Source: the human T2T-CHM13v2.0 reference genome, Homo sapiens. From it: DNA of 64,000 nucleotides. Location: assembly GCF_009914755.1 (NCBI RefSeq), contig NC_060947.1, one strand, 5' to 3'. Made by a program: the position numbers and the translations under genes. Below are positions 43,081-57,311 of the stretch, piece after piece. The number at the start of each line of letters is the position of its first letter. The first letter of the stretch is position 1. The notes beneath the pieces are model-generated. The model was not told the origin of the DNA and did no database searches. It was given only the letters and a program-made list of their open reading frames with translations.

Positions 43081-43659
43081 GACAGAGGGTCAAGATGGTT
43101 AACTAGAAGCAGCTAACATGTGCCACTCTTACAGAGAGAAGAAAAAGTGGTGAGTCAATACTAGATCTTCAACAGAAACATCCAGGTGGACACATTGGGA
43201 TTCATCAAGGAAATAACTGAAACCATAGAGAACAGAGATACAAGACAGGATGACCCCTCACCCAGGAGTGACAGAGAATTTGTAAGTGAGTAAGATTCCC
43301 CAGGGACACATAATTCTTCCATAGACCTTTGGAAACCCTGGGCTTAGGATATCCCCTCCTGAGCCCACCCCACCAAGGCCTTCAGACTGTCACACAGAGC
43401 TATGTAGAGTCTTGGCAAAGCCGCTCCTCAAGCACACGCGGAGTCTTGGATACACTGGATCCCCAGGCATCCTGGAATTAGTGGCTGCAGTTCCAGCAAT
43501 GGGAGAGCTCTGGCTCACTTGCACACCCCTAGGAAAGGGGCTAACTCCAGGGGGCTGAGCAGCAACAGACTGCAGGTTTTCCATCTACTGCACCTCACAA
43601 GATAAGGCCCACTGACCCAGAACTTCAGCCACCCTCCACCAGGGCCCTCGGGCCAGTAG

Positions 43660-45120
43660 TAGTGCTTCACTTCTCTGGGATGGATTTCCCACAGGGAAAG
43701 GCAAGCCACCGTTTTGCCGTCTTACAGCCCTTGTCATTGCTGCGTTCAGGCTCCACAGGGTGTGCAGTGACTAGGGACTGGTGTGGCTCCCCAGTACAAT
43801 GCAGCCACCCCACAGAAAAGCAGCCAGATTGTTCTTTTACATGGATCCCCTCTTCTACTTCTCCTTATTGAATCTCCTGAATCAGGGCTCCAGCCACCCT
43901 CCACTGGGGCTCTCAGTCCAGTAGCAGCTCTGCACTTTCCCAGGACAGAGCTTCCACAGGGAAAGGCAAGTGCCTTTTTTTGCTGTCTCACAGATCTCAT
44001 TGCTGCTTCCTTCAGGCTCTGGAGGGTGCACGGTCACTAGGAACTGGCATGGATCCCTAGCAGAATGCAGCCACCCCACTGAAAAAGCAGTCAGAGACCA
44101 TTTTCCACAAGGGTCTCTGATCCCTCTTCTTTTAGTGGGCAGGGCCTCCCTATCTGGGATGCCAGCACATATACCCTGTCTCCATCTGAACATTTTAGTT
44201 GGAGGCGGCCCTGAAGTACTCTGAGGAGGAAATCACAGAAACAACTCACAACTCCTCTGCCATTGCAGCTTTAGTGGTGACACCATAATCTCCCTCAGAC
44301 TGGGGAAAGAACAAAGAACTTTGACTGTATGTTGGCACCTCCAGCCACCACAGCCACCATACAGAGAGGAATTCAGTCCCTCTTCCTTGTGAGCCCTAAC
44401 CCCTCATTACTCACCAAGCAGGGCCTGGCTCAGGACCTCTCATCAGCCAATCCCCTCATGGCTGAGCACACCCACTGACTGGCTCTGAGTTTCCCTGGGA
44501 AAGGGCTTCCAGCAGCAACTAATGGCTCCTATTACATTGCCACAGCTGTGGTTCTGCCCCTGCTGCTCTCAGTCTGGGGAAAAAACAAAAAACCTGATGA
44601 CTTCACCTGTGTTCTCATCATGCCACAGTCACCATATAGAGAGGAGCTCAGTCTCTCATCCCTGTGAGCCCTTGAACCCTCACTTCTCAACAAGTAGAGC
44701 ACCCAGCTCGGGCCAACAGTGCAGCTTCCCCATCCCCTGGCTGAACATCCCCAGTAGCATTAGCTCTGTGTTTCTCTGAGGTAGAGCTTCCAGAGTCAAC
44801 TGAAATCCCCTTTTTCACTGCCACTACAGGGATACTGACTTGCTGCCCTCAGACTGGGGAAGGAGCAAAGATTCTGAGTGCATTAACCACACATGCAGCA
44901 AGCTGCAGGTGCCCTAAGAAGAAGCCAGTCTGTCTCCCCTATGACCCACCCAACCGCCCTCCTTATCACCAAGCAGGCCACCCGCCACCACCAGGCTTGG
45001 GTCCACAATGAAGCTACCCCATCACAGGTGAATTTCTCTGATTGATAAAGGTTTCACAGCTTTCTGGGGGTGAAGCCCCAAGAGACGTCTTAAAGACCCT
45101 CTTCCACATCCACTGCTAAG
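43660..45120 (+). repeat. L1 5' UTR monomer array (two ~265-bp units plus about three ~280-bp units)
   Basis: ccacagggaaaggcaag at ~43689 and ~43954. ctcag(a/t)ctgggga at ~44294, ~44568 and ~44848. Confidence 0.8.
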
Positions 45121-47163
45121 ATCCCTTCCTCTGCTGCCTTCAAGATGGAGAGGGAACATAAAGCTTGAGCTCAACGCAGAGCTACAGTGTGCAGCCCAGG
45201 AGTGCCAAGCTAAGATCTGCAGCCAACACTCTATTGAGAGAAGAGCCAACACGTTCAGAGCAATGAGAGAGAGAACAGCTGCAATCGTGAAGAAGTACAG
45301 AGGAGCCACATATCTGAGCAAGAGCTTACCGACTGGCCATTATGCTTAAACACCACCTACTGGATCACAGACCAAAACTTCAACACCAAAAATGTTTTGC
45401 TAATATACAGCCCTGTGAAACCAAGGACAAATTCAGCTACAAATAGACCAGCACAAAGGTTCAGCCCTCTTAAAATATCCTGAAAAGAAATCTACTGACT
45501 ATTCAAATTACACTACATTTAAAATAACACCCACCTACACAGATGGGAAAGAACCATTACAAGAACTCTGGCAACTGAAAAAGTAAGAGGGGCTTATTTC
45601 CTCCAAATGGCCACACTAATTTCCCATAAAGGGTTTGCAGCAAGGCTGAAATGGCTGAAATGACATAAATAGAATTCAGAATATGGATAGAAACAAAGAT
45701 CATTGAGATTTGGGAGAAAGTTGACACCCAATCCAAGAAATCTAAGATTTAAAACAAAATAATACAGGAGTTGATAGACAATATAGCCATTATACAAAAA
45801 GAACCAAAATGGTCTTATAGATCTGGAAAACATACTACAAGAATTTCATAATACAATTGCAAGTATTAAGAGCCTAATAGACCAAGCTAAGGAAATAATT
45901 CCAGAGTTTGAAGACTGGATCTCTGAAATAACTCAAACAAAAATAAAGGAAAAAGAATAATAAAGAATGAAGAAAACTCCTGAGAAATATAGGATTATAA
46001 AAGAAGGCCAAATGTATGACTCATTTGTGTCCCTGAAAGAGAAGAAAGCAAGCAACTTGGAAAACATATTTCAAGGTATTCTCCATGAAAAATTCCCCTA
46101 CCTCACTAGAGAGACTGACGTTGAAATTCAAGAAATTTAGAGAGCCCATGAAAGATACTAAACAAGAAGATCATCCCCAAGACACATAATCATCAGATTC
46201 TCCAAGGTCAAAATTGAAGAAAAAATGTTAAATCAGATAAGGAGAAGAGGCAGGTCAGCTACAAAGGAAACCTCCCTAGGCTAACAGTGAACCTTTCAGC
46301 AGAAACCCTGCAAGCCACAACAGATCAGGGCCAATATTCAGCACTCTTAAAGAAACAAATTTCCAACCAAGAATTTCAAATCCAGCCAAAATAAGCTACA
46401 AAAAGGAAGGAGAAATAATATCCTTTTCATACAAGCAAAAGCTGAGAAAGTCTATTCCACAAGACCTGCCTTACAAGAGGTCCTGAAAAAAGTGCTAAAT
46501 ATAGAAAAGAAAGATTTGTACCAGCTAATACAAAACCAGACTTAAGTTCACAGACTAGTGACACTATAAAGCAAGTACACAAATAAGTCTGCATAATAAC
46601 CAGCTAATAATATGACAGGATCAAATGTGCATATATCAATACTGACCTTGAATGTAAATGAGCTAAATGCCTCAAATAAACATCACAAAGTGGCAAGTGG
46701 TATAAAGAAAAAAGACAAAATGGTATTTATCTTCAAGGGATCCATCTCACATGCAGTGACACCAATAGGCCCAAAATAAAGGGATGAAGAAAAATCTACC
46801 AAGCAAATGGAAAACAGAAAAAAAGCAGTGGTTGTTATTTTAATTTTGGACAAAACAGACTTTAAACCCACAAAGGTCAAAAAAGACAAAGACATTACAT
46901 AGTGATAAAAGGTTCGATTCAACAAGAAGACCTAACTATCCTTAATATATATTCACCAAACTCAGGAATACCTAGATTCACAAAATAAGTTCTTATTGAC
47001 CAAATAAGAGATACAGATTAACACACAATAATGATGGGAGACTTCAAGGCCCCATTGACTGCATCAGACAGATCATTGAGGCAGAAAATTAACAAAGATA
47101 TTTAGGACCTGGATTCAACACTTGACCAAACTGACCTAAAAGACATCCACAGAACTCTCCAAC

Positions 47164-47570
47164 TGATACAGTTTGGCTCTGTGTTTTGATTCTGTGTCCC
47201 CACCCAAATCTCACCTCGAATTGTAATCTCCATAATCCCTGTGTGTCAAAGGTGGGACTAGGTGAAGGTAATTGAATAATGGGGGTTGAATCATGGGGAT
47301 TGGTTTCCCCCATGCTGTTCTTGTAATAGTGAGTGAGTTCTCTCAAGATCTGATGGCTTTATAAGCATCTGGCATTTCCCCTGCTTTCACTCATTCTGTC
47401 CTGGTGCCCTGTGAAGAAGATTTTTGCTTCTCCTTTGCCTTCTGCCATTATTGTAAGTTTCCTGAGGCTTCCCCAGCAATGTGGAACTGTGAGTCAATTA
47501 AACCTCTTTCCTTTATAAATTACCCAGTCTCAGGTATTTCTTCATAGCAGTGTGGGAACAGACTAATACA
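47164..47570 (+). mobile_element. THE1D-like solo LTR in L1 ORF2
   Basis: tgata...tgtgtccccacccaaatctc...gactaataca. 5-bp TSD ccaac/ccatc. Confidence 0.92.
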
Positions 47571-49465
47571 CCATCCCAAAACAAGAGAATATGCATTCTT
47601 CTCATCTGAACATGGAAGAAACTCTAAAATGAACCACACGATCAGACACAAAACAATCATCAGCAAATTCAAAAAACTGAAATTGTGCCATCCACACTCT
47701 TGGACCACAGGGTGATGAAAAGAGAAACCAATGCTAAGAAAATCATTCAAAATACCACAATTACAGGGAAATAAAATAACATGCTTCTGAATGACTTTGG
47801 GGTAAAAAATTAAATAAGGCAAAAAATAAGAAAAATTTTTAAACTAATGCGAACAAAGATACAACATACCAGAATCACTGGGACACAGCTGAATTAGTGC
47901 TGATAGGAAAGTTTATAACACTAAATTTTCACGTCAAAAAGTTAGAAAGATCTGAATTTGAAAATCTAACATCACAACTTCATGAACTGAGAAGCAAGAG
48001 CAAACCAACCGCTAAGCTATCAGAAGACAAGAAACAACAAAAGTCAGAGCTGAAGTGAAGAAAATTGAGACATGGGAAATTATACAAAAGATCAATGAAT
48101 CCATTAGTTCTTTGTAAACAGTAATAAGATAGATAATCTGCTAGCTAGACTAGTAAAGAAATAAGAAGACTCACATACACAAAATCTGAAACAACAAAGG
48201 GGACATTACCATCAGTTCCAGAGAAATACAAAAAACTTTCAGAGACGACTATGAACACCTCTATGCACAGAAACTAGAAAGCTTAGCAGAAATGGATAGA
48301 TTCCTAAACACATAGAATCTCCCAAGACTAAACCAGAAATAAATTGAATCCCTGAACAGACGAGCTCTGAAATTGAGGCAGTAATAAATAGACTACCAAC
48401 AAAAAAAGCCCAGGACCAGATGGATTCCCAGCCAAATTCTACCAGATGTGCAAAGAAGAGCTGATACCTTACCAACTGAAATAATTCCAAAAAAATGAGG
48501 AGAAGGAACTTCTCCCTAACTCATTCTACGAGGCCAGCATCATCCTGATACTAAAATCTGGCAGAGACACAACAAAAAACAAAACTTCAGACAAATATCC
48601 TTGATGAACATAGATGCAAAAATTCTCAACAAAGTACCGGCAAACCGATTCCAGCAGTACCTCAAAAAGCTAATCTACCGTATCAAGTAGGCTTTATCTC
48701 TGGGAAGCAGGGTTGGTTCAACATATGAAAATCAATAAATGTGATTCTTCACATAATCAGAACTAAAGAGAAAAACCACACAATTATCTGAGTAGATGCA
48801 GAAACAGCTTTTGATATAACTCAACATTCCTTCATGTTGAAAATCATTAATAAACTAGGAATTGAAGGACTATGCTTCAAAATATTAAGAGCCATCTATG
48901 ACAAATCTACAGCCAACATCATAGTGGGCAAAAGCTGGAAGCATACCCTCTGAAAACTGGAATGAGACAAGGATGCCCTCTGTCACCACTTCTATTCAAC
49001 ACAGTACTGGAAGTCCTGACCAGAGCAATCAGGCAAGAGAAAAAAATTAAAAAGCATCCCAATAGGAAAAGAGAAAGTCAAATTATCCTTATTTGCAGAT
49101 TACATGATTCTGTATCTAGAAGACCCTACAGTCTCTGGCTAAAACCTGTTATCTGACAAACAACGTAAGCAAAGTTTCAGTATACAAATCAATGTACATA
49201 CATCAGTAGCATTCTTATACAGCAGTGCCATCCAAGCTGAGAGCCAATGCCACTAAAAGAATAAAATACCTAGAAATACAGCTAACCAAGGAGGTTAAAG
49301 ATCTCTACAATGAGAATTACAAAATGCTGCTCAAAAAATCAGGGATGACACAAACAAATGGAAAAACATCCCATGCTTATGGATAGGAGGAAGCAATATC
49401 ATTAAAATGGCCACACTGCCTAAAGCAATTTATAGATTTGCCACACTGCCTAAAGCAATTTATAG

Positions 49466-49750
<285 letters not shown>

Positions 49751-51345
49751 AATGCTATTTCTATCAATGTACCAATGACATTCTGCACAGGATGAGAAAA
49801 AAACTATTTAAAAATGCATATGGAAATGAAAAAGAGCCTGAATAGCTAAGGCAATTGTAAGCAAAAAGAACAAATCTAGAGACATCACGTTACCTGACTT
49901 CATACTCTATTACAAGGCTACAGTAACCAAGACAGCATGGTATTGGTACAAAAACAGACACATAGACCAATAGAGTAGAATAGAGAGCCCAGAAATAATT
50001 CTGCACACCTATAATCATCTAATCTTTGATAAAGGTGACAAAAAACAAGCAAGGAGGAAATTATTCTCTATTCAATAAATGGGCCTGGGTTAACTGGCTG
50101 GCCATATGCAGAAGATTGACAATTGATGCCTTCTGTACACCACAGACAAAAATCAGCACAAGATAGATTAAATACTTAAATTACTTAAATTCAAAACCTA
50201 AAAATGTAAAAATCTTGAAAGAAAACCTAGGATATATTATTCCGGACATAGGAACAGACAAATATTTTATGACAAATACATCAAACCAATTGCAACAATA
50301 AAAACATTGACAAATGAGACATAATTAAACTAAAGAGCTTTTTACAGAAAAAAAACAACTATCAACTGAGTAAAAAGACAACCTACATAATGGGAGAGAA
50401 TTTGTGCAAACTATATATCCAACAAAAGTCTAATATTTAGCATTTATAAGGAATTTAAACAAATTTACCAGAAAAAAATGATCCTATTAAAAAGTTGGCA
50501 AGGGATATGAACAGACACTATTCGAAAGAAGACATACATGTGGCCAAAAATCTTATGAAAACTAACATCACTGATCATAAGATAAATTCAGATAAAAAGC
50601 ACAATGTGATACCATCTCACACCAGTCAGAATGGCCTTTATTAAAAGTCATAAAGTAACAAATGCAGGTTAGGTTGCAGAGAAAAAGGAATGCTTATAAT
50701 GTGTTGGTGGGAGTGTAAATTAGTTCAACCATTGTGAAAGACAGTGTGGCGATTCCTCAAAGACCTAAAAACATAAATAGCATTCAACCCTCCAACCCAT
50801 TACTGGGTATATACTCAAAGGAAAATATATCATTCTATCATAAAGACACATGCACACATATGTTAATGGCAGCACTACTCACAGTAGCTAAGACATAGAA
50901 TCAACCCAAATGCCCATTAATGGTAGATTGGATAAAGAAAATGTGGTACATATGAATCATGTTATACTATGCAGCCATAAAAGAGAACAAGATCATGTCC
51001 TTTGTAGGAACATGGATGAAGCTGGAAGATGTCATTCTAAGGAAACTAACTCAGAAACAGAAAAATGAATATCACATGTTCTCAGTTATAAGTGGGAGCT
51101 AAATGATGAGAACACATGGACACAAAGAAAGAAACAGACACTGGGGCCTACTTGAGGAGGGATGGTGGGAGGAGGCAGAGGATAAGAAAAAAATACCTGT
51201 TGAGCACTATGCTTATTACCTGGGTGATGAAATCCTCTTTACACCAAATCCCTGTGACGTGCAGTTTATCTACATAACAATCCTTCACATACACCCCTCA
51301 ATCTAAAATAAAAGTTATAATTAAAAAATAAAGATTAATTAAAAA

Positions 51346-52495
51346 GTGAGAGCCAATGCCTCTAATACATATCAGATATGTATTTACAAAATACATATAT
51401 GACAAAAAGTTTGCATTCGAAATGCTCAAAGAACCCTTAAAATCCAATAATAAGAAAACAAACAACCCAATTCAAAAGTGTGCAGAAGGTCTGACCAAAC
51501 ACCTCATCAGTAAAGATGTATAGATGGTAAATATGCAAATGAAAAGCAACATATGCGTCATTAGGGAAGTGCAAATTCAAACAAAAATGAGATACCACTG
51601 TATAGGTGTGAGAAATGCTAAATCACAATTGCTGACTATACCAAATTCTGGTTAATATGTGCAGTAAAAGGAATTCTCATTCTTTCCTGTTAGGAATGCA
51701 AAGTGGTACAGGAACTTTGGAAAATAGTTCAGAAGTTTCTTTAAAAACTACATGTAGAGTCTTGTAGTTCTACCCAGCAATTGTGCTCCTTTGTATTTAC
51801 CCAAATGAATGAAAATGTGTGCCTAAACAAACACCTACTTGTGAATGTTTTTAGTAGCTTTATTTGTAATTGCTAAAAATTTGATAAGATATCCTTAAAT
51901 AGGTAAATGGATAAACAAATTGTTGTATATCCTTACAATGGAATGTTATTCACTAATAAAATAAATAAGCTATCAAGCCACAAAAACATATAGAGGAACT
52001 GTGAAAGCATATTATTAAGTGAAAGAGGCCAGTCTGAATAGGCTACATACTGTATCATTCCAACTACATGGCATTCTAGAAAGTGCAAAGATATGGAGAT
52101 AGTTAAAAGATCTATTGCCTCTAGACATTTGGGGTGGGAGGGGCGCGATTAATAGGTAGAGTACAGGGAATTTTTATGGTAGTAAAACTCTTCTGTATGT
52201 TACTATAACATTCACTGGATATAGGACATTATCTATTTGGCAAAAGCCATATATCTATACAGCACAAAGAGTAGCCCTGAAATAAACTATTGACTTTAGT
52301 TAATAATAAAGTATCAATATTGGTTCATCAATTATAACAAATGTACCACTCCAATGCAAGATTTCAATAATAGGTTAGTTGTCAGCAGGAGGGGTTCGGT
52401 GGAGAGGGAATATATGGGGAATCTCTGAACTTCTTAATTTTTCTGTACACTTATAAATGCTCTTAAAAATAAAATCCATTAATTAAAAAAATGGA
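51346..52495 (+). mobile_element. L1MC1-2-type 3' end
   Basis: aagtgaaagaggccagtctgaataggctacatactgt; tatcaatattggttcatcaattataacaaatgtaccac; A-rich end. Confidence 0.82.
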
Positions 52496-54123
52496 AAAAC
52501 AGTCATTTGATTACCGTAAAGTTATGATTGTTAGAGAAAAGAGAAAGTTCAGTCCCTATAAAAAATAGTTTGCTTTTGATTTTCTCTTCTGCAAATTATT
52601 TAACATTAATCCTTTGTCGAGAGTGCTGTTTTAGCTGAAAAACATATTTTTAATTGTGTCTTTATGCTGAGAATTTATCCAGAATTTGATTATTAGTTAT
52701 TTCCTATTTAGATACCCCAGAAAAATCTCAGAAAGATAAAAAGGACATATTGCTTAGTAGAAATGAGAATCAGAGGGAAGAAAGGATACTAACATATCCA
52801 TTTACCTAATGATACGAATTGAATTTACGGTAGTTGTCTAAGAGATGTGATAAAATAAAATAAGGTTAAAATAATTCCAGCCTCAATGATTTTAATGTAA
52901 TATAAACAAGCCAGCAAGTAGGTATACACTATTCATTCATTTTCAGTAGGTTTAAGAATAATGACTGGTAACAAAACCTTAAATGTTTAGATGATATTTT
53001 TTGAGGCAGTCAATAATCTTAAAGGTAGCAGTCTTGGGAACTTATTATGAGATAGATAAGTCATGATGGACCAGTTGACTGACTTAATATCTAAGGACAC
53101 ACAGTTATAGGAAAACTTTTCTCAACTAGATTATAACTCAATTTTTTCTTTACTTAGTTTAGTTAAAAGCAAGTAACGTGATAAACCAGTATCAAATATT
53201 TATTTTAAAAATTTAACTTCTGTTACACTTAACAATCAGAACATTTAGACTAACATCATAAACCTATTTTCAGTGTCAAAACTTTATGCACAAAATAGTG
53301 GGCCCTCAAAGCACTGGTTAGTCTGTCATAAGAAATATTTAAAGTAAGGTATATATAGTGACCGTAAATATAGTGCATGAAAATACAGGTATCTTTTCAT
53401 GAAAGAAATTATAAGATTTTAAAAAGTGGGATTAAAAATTATTTATCAATAATCTATTATGCATATATTTCAAATTGCATAACATCTTGTCATTTGAAAT
53501 ATATATATGACATGTAAGCCTATTAAACTGTACATGTATTTGAATATCAAACATAAGAAATCATCCTCTAATTTCAAACTGTCATTAGCATACTTTCATA
53601 TTTCATCACAATCTAGAAAATAGAATTCACATGTCACAGACATTTTCTAAATAAACTTTTACAGAGGTGAAATAATTTGTATTGTTATAATGTGAACATA
53701 CTGGGCATTCTATGAAATTGGTATTATTTTAAAAGGTTGTCCCCGTTTAAAAAGAGAAAAAAATTCCCTGAAAGTTTTTGAGCTCCACTCTTAACCTGAT
53801 TTATCATTATTATTAAGAAAATGTATGAAAGAATATAATGAATTTTAGAAAGCTTTGCTTATTCTGTGTAGTGCCATAAAGTAAAATAGAAAAAAATAAG
53901 ATTAAAGTGGTTATGTGCAGAAAATTTGCAAATATCAACTGAAATTTACTAAATTAAACTTCCTGTTGGTTGTGCAAATCTTAGTTCACACTGTAATTTT
54001 AATTCCCTGCAGTTCACACCTATATTAATACTTGAATTTCTAAATATGTGTAATTATTAATTTTTAGAACAAATTTACATCTAAATATTAAAAATTGGAA
54101 GTTTTCCTACTAGGAATAACTGT

Positions 54124-54149
54124 ACACACACACACACACACACACACAC
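54124..54149. repeat. (AC)13 microsatellite
   Basis: Counted directly. Confidence 0.95.
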
Positions 54150-55441
54150 GGACTTAACTCTAAGTTTCATCCACCTCCCCAACTCCCAGGGAGAGCTAAA
54201 GCATTTTGAAAAAAATATTTTTAAAAAGGCCCTTCTTTCAACTAGAAAGGTTGAGGATTCCTGCACATATATATATATATATTTACTTTAAAAAGCCCCT
54301 GTCAAATAAAAAGGTTGAGGATACTACTTTTACTCTGCATTTAACCCTCAAGCAATATGAAGTAGCATAAAAAGTATGGGGAACATAATATTTCAGTTCT
54401 GGTTACAGTTCTGCCTATATCATTCCCCTCTACAAGTCCCTTATCATTTGGTTTCTTCAGAGAAATGGAGTTCTCAGACTATAACCAAACTTCAATCTCA
54501 TTTATGCTTCTATGAAATAAACCTTCTATAATCTATGACAGTATGTATCTATATTTCTAAGGTATCTTCTAATATACTGTCATAGGGTGCTGTATTTGAC
54601 AAAGTCTCATGAGCAAATATTATTTTTCCTCGGTTTATTATTACATTTTATCACAAGGACTCAACTAGATCTTTGAGCAGAAATACTGGAATTATGTTCG
54701 AATATGAGCTGTGTGATTTTTTTCTCATTTTCATAGCCACAATAAGGTGACCCAGAACTAAATCAGAACATTTCACAATATTCTGAGGAAGTATCACTAG
54801 GACTAAAAAGAATGATGGCTAAACAAATACTGCCAAATTCAGGCACAAAACTATTATTTATACCATATATCTGTCAAGTTTTTTGCCTTAGAACAGAAGA
54901 TTGTACCTAAGGAGAAGCTTTTTTTCCAGTTACATGTAATCGGGCACATTGTACCCAAACAACTTTGGCAAAAAGGAGGAGGAGATTCTGAGAAGTGGAA
55001 AGTGTTGCTGTTTCCTAAAGTCGACAATTTCATTAGTATGAGAAATGCTAGCACAAGCTTTATAATTGTTTTCAACTTTTCTTTCTGATAGAATTTATGA
55101 ACAATAGCTATACTATGTTACTGTGTCAAAAGACTTAGGGGATGAGAACTTGTGAGTTAAACAAGACTCTTAGAATAAAGCTTGTGATTTGAGCTTCATT
55201 ACTTTACCAAGACAATAAAATAAAGTATATTTTACTAGGTAAATTATTACCAACTAGAGGATCCCAATGGCAACTGTTACTTCTCCCTGGCTTGTCTCAA
55301 ATTCTGCTTATTTAGTTTACCAGAAGTCTCAGCAGAGAAGAAACTTCTCTGCTCCACATTTTAGACCAGGATACATGAGTACTGGTATATTTGCAATAGC
55401 TCATGCACATGCATTCACATGTTCACAGCGTGCGTGCGGAT

Positions 55442-55442
<1 letters not shown>

Positions 55443-55483
<41 letters not shown>
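55443..55483. repeat. (CA)20 microsatellite
   Basis: Counted directly. Confidence 0.95.
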
Positions 55484-55486
<3 letters not shown>

Positions 55487-56984
55487 CTTAACTGTAAGTT
55501 TCATCAATCAAATCATCCATCTCCCCAGCTCCCAGGAAGTGCTTAAGCATTTTGGAAAACAATAATCAAAAACCTCCGTCTTTTAACTGAAAAGGTTGAG
55601 GATTCCATCAGTAAATGAAAACTAAGACGTTAACTGCAAAAACTATTTTTTAAATAGCACTGCGTTTTAAAATAGGAGATCTATTCAATTACAGCTATAA
55701 CATTTTTCACACATCAGTTTACTCAAACAGCTTTGTTTTACAGGTGTGAAAATTAAACATACTTCAGTAATACATTACTACAATGTTTAAAACATAATAA
55801 TAATTCACTTTTTCACATTTTGTGAAAATATGACAGGCCTCATCAGAAAACTGTAGTAAAATGTACATAGAAAACTCAGATGATATTTCATATTTATCCA
55901 CTCTCAGGAGCTTACCAACTATATTTTCTTTTATTTTTCCTTAGTCTAATTCCGGCCAGTTGCCTATAGCTCTGCAAATGAGTCAATCAGCAGTCACCGA
56001 ACACTAATAACATTTTTTCAGTCCCAATAGCCTTCAAATTAGAACAGTAATGGTCATGAATGCTATGCCACAGAAATAAAAACTATAAAAAAGGTTCATA
56101 ATTATCATATGAAAAAATGTTTGATTGTAACTTTACATAAAATCTCTCATTTTCTTCTGTCAAACTACAGAAATAATTTTATATTGCCATAAAATACCAC
56201 AATCACATAAAGCAATATTTGATCAATTAGAGGCTTTCAAACTCTTTTAAAATGACATTGTTCTCTGACATTTTCAGCTTATATGTTTTCCATATTCTAG
56301 ATTAATATTAAATAGAGTGTCTTACGGTACATAATTTACTTTGTTTTTTTACCTGCTAGAAAATCATCAATGAAAATACAACCTAATTGCATTGACAGGG
56401 AAACAGCAAAATCTCTGATAATTAATGTGCATGAAAGTTTCTGTTTATATAGATGAGGAGAAAAAAATTTACCTATTGCACGTGGTTAGACCCTAGAGGA
56501 AATATATTAAGAAAAGTAACTTATTTGAAAAATTACTTCAAACACATAAATGAAGAATTAATTGAGTGACTAAAAGTAGATATAAAGTGTCATCAATTCA
56601 GTCACAAAACTCTAATTATTTTTACTCATACTGGTTTTCCAGAAATATTATGTGTGAATTTTGTTGAATAGTTTTTGGGATATCACTCCTCCAAAATGAA
56701 AAATGTGATTGGTACAAGAAGTATTATGAATAATTCTGAATAAAAGAGAGAGGGATACAGGTCAGTCCCTCAAGTCATATTGGTTAAACTCTGAGGATAT
56801 GTAATGTGTGTGTGTTTGTGTGTAATCTTGAATTATTCATATAATAAAGTATGACATATTTTAAATTATTTTGGATAAGTTCAAAAATTCTCCTATGATG
56901 GTTTATAGATAAGTAGAGCATTTGGTAGCAATCTAACTGAAACCAGCATATTCGGATGCTAGTGATGTCGCTTGTGGTCATTTA

Positions 56985-57311
<327 letters not shown>

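Noticed and set aside
54533-54585. 12-bp inverted repeat ctatgacagtat/atactgtcatag as a pre-miRNA
   Set aside because: The stem is too short, the 29-nt loop is unpaired, and it is plausible by chance in 64 kb of AT-rich DNA.
54854-55075. 73-aa ORF resembling a signal peptide plus Cys-rich peptide (MKTIIKLVLAFLIL...CQSC...C...C)
   Set aside because: The start codon is TTG rather than ATG, there is no recognisable family or splice context, and hydrophobic ORFs arise by chance in AT-rich DNA.
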